Below, one piece after another: positions 1 through 9,500 of a stretch of DNA of 55,807 nucleotides. The position numbers and the translations under genes were made by a program. Origin of the DNA: Chrysochromulina tobinii (lineage: Eukaryota); assembly GCA_001275005.1 (NCBI GenBank), contig JWZX01002641.1, forward strand, positions 1 to 55,807, written 5' to 3'. Under the pieces are notes generated by a model. The model was not told the origin of the DNA, did not search any database, and worked only from the letters and a program-made list of their open reading frames with translations. The first letter of the stretch is position 1; each line of letters opens with the position of its first letter.

Positions 1-6
1 TGTGTG

Positions 7-13
7 TCTCTCT

Positions 14-75
<62 letters not shown>
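7..75. repeat. (TC)n microsatellite
   Basis: Near-perfect TC dinucleotide run at the window start. Confidence 0.97.
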
Positions 76-79
<4 letters not shown>

Positions 80-722
80 ATGTAACTCAGGTCGGAAGTG
101 AATCAGGCATGAGTGGCATGTCGGAGATGTCATGAACGCGTACCTGTGCGGGGCTGCGAGGCGCACACGGAGCCGCGTGAGGCGTGTGCGGTCGTTGGAC
201 GTTGCCGTATTACGTGCCGCTGCGCCCGGCCATGGTCCAGCGCCCCATATGCGCACTCGGACCGGTAGCGCAGAGCGGGGCGAGGCGGTGCGGAACATCG
301 GCCTGATGCCCGGCCCCCTTTACTGATGTTTGGTTTTATGGTTGGGCCGTTTTCTAACCGTTCACCGCAGAGCGACGCCGCGTGCGAGCGTACGACGCGA
401 GTCACGACCGCAGGCTCCACCCACCGGGGCGCGACCCGGGCGTCCCGGGGTCCACCGTCCACGGGAGCACAGGATACACGGATTGTCATCCCGGAAATCG
501 CCCGGTGTTGATTCGAGCGCGGAAGCAGTCCGAGCGCGCAACCGCAACCGCACAGGCGACAGTCACGCCGCAGTCTGTCGCCGCCATGACGCACGCCCGC
601 GCACACCCGCACGACACCCGGCACACACGACAGTTCAAAGCGCGCGACGAGCGGGTGCAGCGTGCGGACACTGCGTGGACACCCCCTTCGCGCCTTCGCC
701 TTTTGGATGCTTGCGCCAACGT

Positions 723-2054
723 CTACGTCGTCGCGAGCCCGCCCATCCAGCCGAGCAGACTACCACCAAAGTGGCCGACAAGGCTGAGAGCGCCCTCAGG
801 ATGATCCCACACGTTGACGACAGTGTACCAGCCGACGCGTACGATGTACACGAGCTGCTTGCGCCACGAGTAGCCCGTGAAGCTTTGCGTGCCCGAGCTC
901 AGCGCGAACCAGATCGCGGCTGCGAGCGTGTGCACGCTCGGCTCCAACGGTTGCCACTCCCACGGAGCCGCCGTGGCGTCAGGAAAGACTGTGGGGAACT
1001 GCACGCCCCCCGGGCGCTCGCCTTCGGTCTGGTTGTCGTGCAGCGGGATGAGGCCCGTCGAGCGGCCGCCCACGAAGACCGCGTTGTCGCCCGAGAAGCT
1101 CAAGATCAAACGGAGGCAGCCGCCAACAGAGGGGTCGTCACAGTCGAGGGCCGTGGCTGAGTGAGCCGTCTCGCCAGAGAAAGCAAGGATATCGCCCGGT
1201 CGCATCTCACCAGCCTCGAGCACCTGCCCTGGCCGGCTAAGGACACCCGAGTCCTCTAGCAGAGCGTCCTTGCGGTAGGACGTGCCATGCAGCGCCTCGA
1301 GCCCTGCAGCGGCACGCTCGGCCCTCGCCGCCGACGATTCGTTGAGCGCTGCGAAACGGAAGTGCCTCGAGGTGAAGTTGGTCAACGGCATCCACAGGCG
1401 CACGACGGCGGCGCGGGAAGGGTCGCGCCGGCCCACAGGGATGTACGCGTCGTCCGTGTGGAAGCCGGTCGTGCCGCACGTTTGCGAAATACCGAGTGTC
1501 GTCGCAAACCAGCCAGATGGCTTGCGGAAGTTGGCGAGCCCCTCCGTCGGCTCGCAGACTTGCAGCGTGGTGGAACGCAGCAACGCGGCAGCGATGGCCG
1601 TCGTGGGCGCGCTTTCGGCGAGCTCGCGCCCACACACGGACGTATGGTGCAAGAGAATGCTCTTCTGTGCGCAGTAGAAGTTGGCAATCAGCCGCGAGTA
1701 GATGACGTCCCACGTGTTCGGGTGCTTGAACACGTCGCTCGCGAGTGCGTGCAGCCGCTCGAGCCACACGGCGTCGAGAATCCCCGGAAGAATCACGGAA
1801 CCGTCGCGCTCGAAGGCGGCAATCTCCTCCTCGGTGAGCGGTCGCAACGGCGAAGCTGAGCCGAGGCCTAGCTCCTCGGGAGGCACGCAGCTCTGGCTGC
1901 CCGGCCGTGTGAAGAGCAGAGCTGCGAGTATCTTGGCGAATTGATCGCTGAGGGTGGCGGCGAGAATGCAAGGAAACACCAACAGCCAACCGACGCGGCC
2001 GCAGCAGCGGCGCTTTCTGCTGGCTACCTTAGGTCGTGCGGCACTGAGCGCCAT
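723..2054 (-). CDS. Fe(II)/2-oxoglutarate dioxygenase, phytanoyl-CoA dioxygenase (PhyH)-like, with N-terminal hydrophobic segment
   Basis: PhyH-type start LTEEEIAAFERDGSVILPGIL, HxD motif (FHTD), VRLWMPL, MRPGDILAF..AHSA distal His, RLILS. ATG at 2054 chosen; alternative ATG at 2153. Confidence 0.75.
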   Translation of the reverse strand: MALSAARPKVASRKRRCCGRVGWLLVFPCILAATLSDQFAKILAALLFTRPGSQSCVPPEELGLGSASPLRPLTEEEIAAFERDGSVILPGILDAVWLERLHALASDVFKHPNTWDVIYSRLIANFYCAQKSILLHHTSVCGRELAESAPTTAIAAALLRSTTLQVCEPTEGLANFRKPSGWFATTLGISQTCGTTGFHTDDAYIPVGRRDPSRAAVVRLWMPLTNFTSRHFRFAALNESSAARAERAAAGLEALHGTSYRKDALLEDSGVLSRPGQVLEAGEMRPGDILAFSGETAHSATALDCDDPSVGGCLRLILSFSGDNAVFVGGRSTGLIPLHDNQTEGERPGGVQFPTVFPDATAAPWEWQPLEPSVHTLAAAIWFALSSGTQSFTGYSWRKQLVYIVRVGWYTVVNVWDHPEGALSLVGHFGGSLLGWMGGLATT

Positions 2055-2527
2055 TGTGGAGAAAGATCCGCAAATGGGTCGGTAGGCGCCGGTCGGGAGT
2101 GCCGACGAGGAGAGGCGGAGAGCTTCGAAGTTCTTCCTGGCAAGTTCTTCCATACTTGGTCGTATTTGAAGCCCCACGGAGACGCGGGGCTTCAAACGCG
2201 CGAGGCTCCAGGCAAATCACCCAGGCGACGGGGCCGACACGGCGCTCAAGGACGTACAACAAATTCCTACTGAGGAGTAGCATCTCAGCCCATTTCCGCA
2301 GCGGAGCGCCCTCATGTGCTGAGTGAGTGACACTCACTCACTCATTCACGCCCTCATGTGCATGCTGGCTAGCTTGTCTTGTGGTCCATTAAGGGTCCAT
2401 GCCTCACGCCATCTCGGCCGCGCCTGCACCTTTCACCGATGCGGTAGGGTCCCCAGAGCACTTGAAGACCCAAATTTGTGGGCGCGCTCTCCCGCGAGGG
2501 CCTTGTTCGACTCCTCAACGTGTCGCG

Positions 2528-3286
2528 CTAGAGACCGGCGCCGAAAGAGTGCAACCTGCCAGGTGGTACGCGTTCGAACTGCACTCGAACCGGATCCTTC
2601 ACGGCCGTCTTGGCGAGCGCATAAGCCTTCAGCCTCTCCGCGCGCAACGTCGTCTCCTCGTGAACGACCCAACGCCGGTCCGGTCTTGAACCAACCGCGA
2701 AACCCGTTTTGGGTCGGAACCAAATGTCCTTGAGTGTATTCGATACCCGCGGCCCCGGCTGAGGTTGCGCAAACAGTTTCGAGGTTGTCCTCCCATAGTC
2801 CCGCTGCGAGAGTGTCATTATCATTTGGCCGGCTGATGGTGCATTCACATGCACGTCCATCGGGCTGGTCGCGGGTCGCTCGCACAGCATCCACGAAGGT
2901 GGCATGCGCGACGCAAGGTTCGGCGCGTTCATGTTGGGCCACGGCCGGCTAGTGCCGATATCCGCGCCCGCCGGCCGACGCGCCACGATGGGCTCTGACG
3001 CCGGCCCAAATCTGCTTTGCCAGTGAGCGCCGTAGGTGGAAGAAGTCGTGGAGTAGCTGTCATGGCTTGGAATGATGTCGGGTGGCTGGTTGTTGCCATA
3101 CTGCGTCACTTTAAGATGATGCGACTCGGAGAAGAATGTGTCACCCGGCGATTCTACCGGCATCGCATCGTTCTTGACCCAATCCATCGCGTCGGTCGGA
3201 CCACCGAATGCCAAGGAGACGCGGTACCTGCGGACGTCCGACGAACACGTCCAAAAAAACAGAACCCCAAGCGTTTTCCTCTTCAT
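2528..3286 (-). CDS. Hypothetical protein
   Basis: 252-aa ATG-initiated ORF of normal complexity with no recognised domain. It starts only 12 bp past the upstream ORF stop, so the true start may be MDWVKN near 3188. Confidence 0.4.
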   Translation of the reverse strand: MKRKTLGVLFFWTCSSDVRRYRVSLAFGGPTDAMDWVKNDAMPVESPGDTFFSESHHLKVTQYGNNQPPDIIPSHDSYSTTSSTYGAHWQSRFGPASEPIVARRPAGADIGTSRPWPNMNAPNLASRMPPSWMLCERPATSPMDVHVNAPSAGQMIMTLSQRDYGRTTSKLFAQPQPGPRVSNTLKDIWFRPKTGFAVGSRPDRRWVVHEETTLRAERLKAYALAKTAVKDPVRVQFERVPPGRLHSFGAGL

Positions 3287-3297
3287 ACTTCAGTTTC

Positions 3298-6186
3298 CTA
3301 CGCTTCGAAATACACGCGAGCCGCGCCAACTGCACTTACCTCCTCATCATCGAAAAGCCGAAAGTGCCTCACCCGCGACGGCGAGGGACTGCGGGTGTCT
3401 GTCTCCGAGCGGTACACCCTGCTGATGCTCCTAGCTTGCGTCGGCGAGCCGTGCAGCGACAGCCCGCCTTCGCTTAGAGTGACAAACTCCTCTAGGAAGG
3501 CTTCCGCTTTGCTCGGGCCGAAGAGTGGCACAGCCGAGCTGTTGCCTTCGGCAACATCGACCTCAAAACCGTGCTGCTGTTGGTAAAAGCGCATGAGCTT
3601 GAGCAGTCGCCCCTCGTGCGCGCGCCGCGAACGGATGCTCTCGTAGACATAAATGGTCGTGAACAGCAGCCACGCCGTGGTGCACACCGCCGCGGCGGTC
3701 AGGTCGACCGTGCGCGCGAGCTCCTCAGAGAACGCTCCCGCAACCGCCGACGCAGCAACGTGGCACGCGGTGACAAAAACGAGGAGGGCAAACAAAGCTG
3801 TGACGAAGACATCGAGGCGTGTCGAGCGTCGTCCCGGAGGTTGGACGCTCGCAATGTACGTCCTGTGCATCGCCGCGACCAGCAGCAGCACGACGTCAAT
3901 GGTCATCCGATCCGCAAGCTGCGTCGTTGGCTCCTGCAGCGAGAACACGAGGCATGCGAGCAGTCCGATGCCAAAGGGCGGCACGGCCACGCTGGCTAGA
4001 TAGCACGCGTCATGCGAACGCGTCAATGGGATGTGCACGTATGCCTGCGACTGGCCGCGATAATTGCTGTAGCAGAGCCGCTCACGCAGCGTGCGCACGC
4101 CGGCCACGTGCGGGCAGTCCGCAACGAAGGCAAAGCTTGGCAGATGGATGTGCGCATAGTCGACGTGCACCAAGTCGGGTGTGCCGTCGGGCAAGTCCTC
4201 GCGCAGGGGCACTAGCTGCGCGACGTCCGAGCCCGCCGTCAGCGTTAAGCTGATGCTCAGGATCTGCACGTCCAGCGGATAATCGCGCAAATCAACGTCG
4301 AGTTGCAATCGCGCGGTCAGGCTGCGCGTACAGAGCAGCATCGGTCGCCCGCAGCGGCCGCGATCTTCAGAGACCATCACCTTCCACGGTCCCCAGACCT
4401 GCTCGTGGGCCGAAGTTGCTTGCAGCGTCGGCATGAATTTGCGCGATGACCAGTGGATGTCGTTATCGACGAGGCACAGCCCGCGGGTATCTGGCGGCAC
4501 CACGATGTGGTCGTCCTGGTGAGACTCGTGCAACGTGGTGCAAGTGAGTCCTACCGAGAAGCTGCGCGTGGCGACATCGAGCGCACACAAGCGACGGATG
4601 GAGACGTGCAGCTGCACTTGAGTCACGCTGGGAGCGACCGCAAGCAGGTCTGGGGACCGTGGTGGCTGATCTACTGCCAGCACCTCGACCACTGCAGGGC
4701 GTGCTCCCGCTGCTGCCAACTTCGTGGAAGAGTCCGTCGCAGAGGCCTTTGCACACGAGGGCACGGCCGTCTTCTTGGTTTGTCCTGCAGCTGTAAATCG
4801 GACACGTTGCTCCTCCAGCCGCCTTTCATAATCGCTCGGGGTGGCCACATTGGCTTGCTGTTTGGGCCGCGTGCTGGCCGGCGCCGTGGCCGGCGCTGTA
4901 GCCAGCACCGTAGCGGGCGCTGCGGCGGGCGCTGCGGCCGGCGCCGCGGCTGGCATCGCGGCGGGCACTCCAATCGGCACCGCGGCGGGCACCGCGGCCG
5001 GCACCGTGGTCACCCCTTCCTGCTTTAGCGGCGCCGAGGTCGTCGGCTGCGGCTTTGCTTGATTTGGCTCAGCGGATGAAGATGCATCCGAAGCTGCCCG
5101 AGCTACACCCGCAGCGCGCTGCTGCTTTCCTGGGTTGGGCTCGATGGACGAAGGTGCATCTGAGGCTGGCCGTGCTGCTACACCCGCAGCGAGGGCTGTC
5201 CGTGCTACACCCGCAGCGAGGGAGACTTCTGCAGCCTTCGTGGAGCTGCTTGCAGGAGGCGGCGGCTGGAAAACCGCCGCCGCATCCGACTTGCTCGAGG
5301 TTTGGGCCGGTGCAACCTTGCTCAAGCCGCCGGCATCTGCCTTGCAAACAGCCACCGAGGACTTCACCGTTGAGGATGCTGACGATGTGACGTCTGATGC
5401 CTTTCTTACCGGAGCAGCGTTGGTCTTGGATCCTGAGGAAGCAGCTCCTCTCTGAGCTGCTCTTGTGGGGTGCTGGAGGCCGGGATCGCCCGTGGCTGCG
5501 GCGGTGCTGAGAGGCAGAGACGAGGCAGATGACGGTCCTCTGCTAAGTTTGGGAATCGACGCTGGACGAACGGGATCCTGGCCCTCGAGGAACGCCCCAG
5601 GGGGAGGCAGTTTCAGTGGCGGCACTACTGACGCTGGTGGAGGTGTCCATGGCTTACGCGCTTCCAACTCCGGTGATCCATCAGGGTGCACTTCTTGAGT
5701 CGACGGCGCATCCGGAATGCCCCATCCAGCAGGATTGTCTTTGCCGACGAGACTGTTCAGAAATCGTGCGAGTGGGTCAATGTCTGCTGCGGGAGTCGCC
5801 GGTTCTGGAGCTCCAGGCTCTTGAGCTGCAGCTTCATCGGTTGGCAGGTCTGCGGCTGGTGCGGTCGCGTCTTCCACAGGCACGGTCGGGGCAGTAGCTG
5901 CCTCTGTGGACGATGGTGCGGCTGCCTCGGAGGACGATGGCGCGGCTGCAGCAGGCCGAGCGAGAGCTGGTGCAGCTGGTGCTGTTTCAAAGGCGCGGTT
6001 CATCGCATCGCGGCACGAGCTAGTGAGAACCTCCATCGGGTCCGCGCTCAGAGCTGACTGCTTGCGCGGCTGTCGAGCTGGGCTTGCAGCCCGTGCCGCA
6101 GGCTCCTGCTGCCGAAGTGCGATTCCGGGCCTGGCCGCCGGCGCCGCAGTCCGAGTCGGGCCGGACTGCGGCCCCCCGGCCGCCAT
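3298..6186 (-). CDS. Cys-less pentameric ligand-gated ion channel-like protein with long Ala/Pro-rich N-terminus
   Basis: beta-strand LDVATRSFSVGL, Pro-loop LRDYPLDVQIL, pre-M1 IPLTR, four hydrophobic helices including LADRMTI and RSTRLDVFV. A possible terminal intron 3228-3339 (GTAAGT..CAG) would move the stop to 3141. Confidence 0.7.
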   Translation of the reverse strand: MAAGGPQSGPTRTAAPAARPGIALRQQEPAARAASPARQPRKQSALSADPMEVLTSSCRDAMNRAFETAPAAPALARPAAAAPSSSEAAAPSSTEAATAPTVPVEDATAPAADLPTDEAAAQEPGAPEPATPAADIDPLARFLNSLVGKDNPAGWGIPDAPSTQEVHPDGSPELEARKPWTPPPASVVPPLKLPPPGAFLEGQDPVRPASIPKLSRGPSSASSLPLSTAAATGDPGLQHPTRAAQRGAASSGSKTNAAPVRKASDVTSSASSTVKSSVAVCKADAGGLSKVAPAQTSSKSDAAAVFQPPPPASSSTKAAEVSLAAGVARTALAAGVAARPASDAPSSIEPNPGKQQRAAGVARAASDASSSAEPNQAKPQPTTSAPLKQEGVTTVPAAVPAAVPIGVPAAMPAAAPAAAPAAAPATVLATAPATAPASTRPKQQANVATPSDYERRLEEQRVRFTAAGQTKKTAVPSCAKASATDSSTKLAAAGARPAVVEVLAVDQPPRSPDLLAVAPSVTQVQLHVSIRRLCALDVATRSFSVGLTCTTLHESHQDDHIVVPPDTRGLCLVDNDIHWSSRKFMPTLQATSAHEQVWGPWKVMVSEDRGRCGRPMLLCTRSLTARLQLDVDLRDYPLDVQILSISLTLTAGSDVAQLVPLREDLPDGTPDLVHVDYAHIHLPSFAFVADCPHVAGVRTLRERLCYSNYRGQSQAYVHIPLTRSHDACYLASVAVPPFGIGLLACLVFSLQEPTTQLADRMTIDVVLLLVAAMHRTYIASVQPPGRRSTRLDVFVTALFALLVFVTACHVAASAVAGAFSEELARTVDLTAAAVCTTAWLLFTTIYVYESIRSRRAHEGRLLKLMRFYQQQHGFEVDVAEGNSSAVPLFGPSKAEAFLEEFVTLSEGGLSLHGSPTQARSISRVYRSETDTRSPSPSRVRHFRLFDDEEVSAVGAARVYFEA

Positions 6187-6477
6187 TTGGCCTCTTCGTT
6201 TTTAGAGTCCGCAAGTCGATCGTCAGATATGAATGCACGCAGCGCGCGTGTACTGTCCTCCCAGACGATAACTGAATAGCACGGTAGCGTAGCTGTGCCC
6301 AGCAAGTACGACTCGGTTTAGGGTTATGAACACACACCGGGCTCGATGGGACTTACTGAAACGTAACCGGATACCGGTCGAACTTTCCTCAATTTCATTG
6401 ATTACTGTTGATTGTGCCTCCCGAAGCGCGCCCGCCGAGTTTCTGTTCCTGCGCCCGCTTTGGCCTCGCAGACCAGC

Positions 6478-8970
6478 ATGGATTCGAAGCTCGATTTTGC
6501 AAAGACAGGAAGCGGTGCTGAGGGTGGCGGCTTGCGCAAGATGTACACGGGGAAGAAAGCCGGCAAGATTGAGCAGCTCGGCAAGGAGAAAACCAAAGTT
6601 TGCCGATCGTTTAGTTCGCGGTCTCGGTGGTGTCCGAAGTGGTGTTGCCTCCCTTTGATAGACCCGCGCACGAGCAAGTTCTTTGCCAGATGGGACGTGG
6701 CGGGCGCCATCGCGCTGTTCTGCACAGCGTTCGCTTGCCCCTACGAGGTGGCCTTTCTCGAGCCCGAGAAAGATGTCACCTCGACGCGCTTCATCGTCAA
6801 TCGCGTCATCGACATCTTCTTCTTCTTCGACATGGTCCTGCAGATCTTTGTTATGTACCCAGCTGAGCGGGTGTTGGAGGTAGATCCCCGAAAGAACGTG
6901 CTGGCGCGCGCAGGGATGATGCAGGTGGTTCCCAAGACAGTGACCGAGATGGTCAAGGAGCACGACAAGATTTTCTTGAACTACTTGAAAACGTGGGCTT
7001 TCGTCGACATCGTCTCCGTCGCCACAGTGGCATTCGATATCATCCCGATGTTTGAAGAGGCGCCTCCTGCGTTTGTCGAGGCTCTGTCGGGCGAGGTTCA
7101 GACGGACCTAGGCGGGACCGATATTACCAGGCTTCGCATCCTGCGCTTTGCTCGCGTGCTGAGGCTCATCAAGCTGGTCAGAGTGGCCAAGGCGTCGCGC
7201 ATCCTTGTGCGCTGGCAGACGTCGATCTCGATCGACTTCTCAACACAGACGATGATCAAGTGCCTCTTCGGATACGTCATCGCAGGCCATTGGTTTGCGT
7301 GCATTCTCGTCATCGGCACCACGACTGCCGACACGCCCCTGTACACGTGGCGTGGTTTCAAGGGCTACTGTGTTCGTAGCGAAGACCCGAACGACATGAT
7401 GAGCACAGACTACCAGCCGGGCAAGGTGTGGGAGTTGCAGCCGGTCCCCTTGTCATTACCAGGAGGTGAGGACTATTCGCACCTGACCGACGTCTGGTGC
7501 GTGAGCGCGTATGACCTGTGGGCCATGTCCTACTACTGGATGATCATGCTCATCTCGGGCGCTTCGGGTGGCGACACGGACTCGCGCATGACAACGCCAT
7601 CCGAGGCGCTCCTCTTCACCGCCCTCACGGTCATCGCATGCTTGCTCAACAGCACCATCGTCGCCTCATTGTGCGACGTGCTCTCCAACATGAACCCCGA
7701 GGGCATCGTCTTCCGCAACAACATGGACCAGCTCAATCGCTACTGCCGGATGAACCGACTCGCCACGCCCACACGCATCAAGCTGCGCGAGTACCTCTAC
7801 CGCGCCAAGCACGTGCAGATGGGCAACTCGCAAAAGGTGCTCATGCAGCTTCTGTCGCACAAGCATCAGGGCGAGCTCTCGCTCCAGGTCAACGGCCCAT
7901 GGCTCACGTCGGTCCCATTCCTGCAGGGCGTCGAGATGGCGTGCTCGGTGCGCATCGCCATGGCGCTCGATCCAATGGTCTTCGTGCCAACAGAGATGCT
8001 CCCCGCCGACGCCCTGTACAACCTGAACAGGGGCACCGTCGTCCACCGCGGCTCGATCCTGCTCGGCGGCTCGGTCTGGGGCGAGGACTGCATCCTCAAC
8101 CGCTCCGACCTGCGTTCACCCCCGGCCTGCGCCCTCACGTACGCCGACGTGCAGCTCGTGACGCGCGCGAGCCTGCTGGCCATCATCAACGAGGAGATTG
8201 AGGGTGGGGCGGTGAACTCAAATGGCGCGCTGGAGAGTGTGTATACATACCCTTTGGCAGCGGGCAAGCTGCACTGGACGGCCGTCAAGCTCGCACTTCG
8301 GCGACTGGGCAAGCAGCTGGCGGACAAGCAGCGAGGCACCTCCGGTGAGGCCAAGCGGGTCAACTGGTCCGAGATGCTCAACAGTCTAGGCAGCATGGAG
8401 GCAGCGGACCCGAGCGAGCTCGCCGAAGCCGAGGAGATGGCAATGCATCTCGCCAAGCTCGAGGAGAAAGAGAAAAAGAGAGAGCGTTCGATGAGAAGAA
8501 TGATGACGTCGAAGCTACAAGGCTTGGGCGGTGGATCTGGCGGACGCGCCAGCTGCAGATCCTCGTCGCCTAATCGATCGCCTTCTATCATCGCCTCTGG
8601 TCGCGACAGAAGACCCTCGTCTCCACTGGAGAGCTCGTCCGAACCATTCAATGTGGAAGCCATGGATCCTGTGTGGCTGGCCGAAGCCGGGAAGATGGCA
8701 AAGCATCTCGCCAAGCTCGAGGAGCAAGGGAAAAGAAAAGATCGATCGATGAGAGGAATGATGACGTCGAAGCTAAGCTTGGGCGGTGGATCTGGCGGAC
8801 GCGCCAGCTGCAGATCCTCGTCGCCTCCTACCGTCGCCTTGAGTGGCGACAGCAAACCCTCGTATGCATTGAGGAGCTCGTCCGAGCCTTCCTATGGGGG
8901 ATCCTTGGATCCAGTATGGATAGACACCCGGAAGGAGCAGAAGCCTCCTGAAGTCGCACGGTGGTTGTGA
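6478..8970 (+). CDS. Voltage-sensor/cyclic-nucleotide-binding-domain cation channel (KCNH/HCN/CNG-like)
   Basis: LIDPR..WD, PYEVAF, IDIFFFFDMVLQ, NYLKTWAFVDIVS, S4 RLRILRFARVLRLIKLVRVAK, HWFAC, C-linker FRNNMDQLNRY..KLREY, CNBD-like WGEDCIL..ALTYADV. Confidence 0.88.
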   Translation: MDSKLDFAKTGSGAEGGGLRKMYTGKKAGKIEQLGKEKTKVCRSFSSRSRWCPKWCCLPLIDPRTSKFFARWDVAGAIALFCTAFACPYEVAFLEPEKDVTSTRFIVNRVIDIFFFFDMVLQIFVMYPAERVLEVDPRKNVLARAGMMQVVPKTVTEMVKEHDKIFLNYLKTWAFVDIVSVATVAFDIIPMFEEAPPAFVEALSGEVQTDLGGTDITRLRILRFARVLRLIKLVRVAKASRILVRWQTSISIDFSTQTMIKCLFGYVIAGHWFACILVIGTTTADTPLYTWRGFKGYCVRSEDPNDMMSTDYQPGKVWELQPVPLSLPGGEDYSHLTDVWCVSAYDLWAMSYYWMIMLISGASGGDTDSRMTTPSEALLFTALTVIACLLNSTIVASLCDVLSNMNPEGIVFRNNMDQLNRYCRMNRLATPTRIKLREYLYRAKHVQMGNSQKVLMQLLSHKHQGELSLQVNGPWLTSVPFLQGVEMACSVRIAMALDPMVFVPTEMLPADALYNLNRGTVVHRGSILLGGSVWGEDCILNRSDLRSPPACALTYADVQLVTRASLLAIINEEIEGGAVNSNGALESVYTYPLAAGKLHWTAVKLALRRLGKQLADKQRGTSGEAKRVNWSEMLNSLGSMEAADPSELAEAEEMAMHLAKLEEKEKKRERSMRRMMTSKLQGLGGGSGGRASCRSSSPNRSPSIIASGRDRRPSSPLESSSEPFNVEAMDPVWLAEAGKMAKHLAKLEEQGKRKDRSMRGMMTSKLSLGGGSGGRASCRSSSPPTVALSGDSKPSYALRSSSEPSYGGSLDPVWIDTRKEQKPPEVARWL
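8419..8827 (+). repeat. Internal duplication (~150 bp x2) in the channel C-terminus
   Basis: LAEAEEMAMHLAKLEEKEK..MMTSKL..GGGSGGRASCRSSSP recurs at ~8419-8570 and ~8677-8827. Confidence 0.85.
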
Positions 8971-9500
8971 GCATCGGCCATTGCGCTTGGTTGACAGGCG
9001 CCATATGTCGTGGCTTCGGCGGAAGCCGAGTCCAACGCGCAACGGAGCACGAGTAAGAGAACGATTAATTCGCAACTGTCTCGGTGACAGAAAGGAGAAA
9101 CCTCAATGGGCGGCGGCGGTTTGAGGGTTGTGGAGAGGAACGGGCGGGTGGCTGGCGTATTGTGGTGTGTCTTTCATGTGTTTCAATGGTCGGGTTGGGC
9201 CGGCCCGGAGCGCGAGGATCAGGATGCTGCCGCCTGCGGGCGGGGCGAAAGGCGAAACCCAAACCGGTGACATGTTCCTCCGTGTGCTCCGTTACCGCAC
9301 GGTCCGAGATAGCGTAGTTCCACGTCATGTTCCTATCACGTCATGTTAGTTGTTACAGCTTACACTGTGCGGTGGTTGAAGTAGCAAAATAGGCTATTCA
9401 ACCACGCCAACACAAGGGCGTTGCCGTGTTTGCTGTTTCTCTTTGATTTGGCGATCCACTCGCAGATGATCACGAGATCAGCGCTCCTCGGGCCTACAAG

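Noticed and set aside
74..700. Short overlapping ORFs at the window start
   Set aside because: No recognisable domains; likely 3' UTR or intergenic.
6317..6326. Interstitial telomere
   Set aside because: Single TTTAGGG unit only (another at ~49706); not an array.
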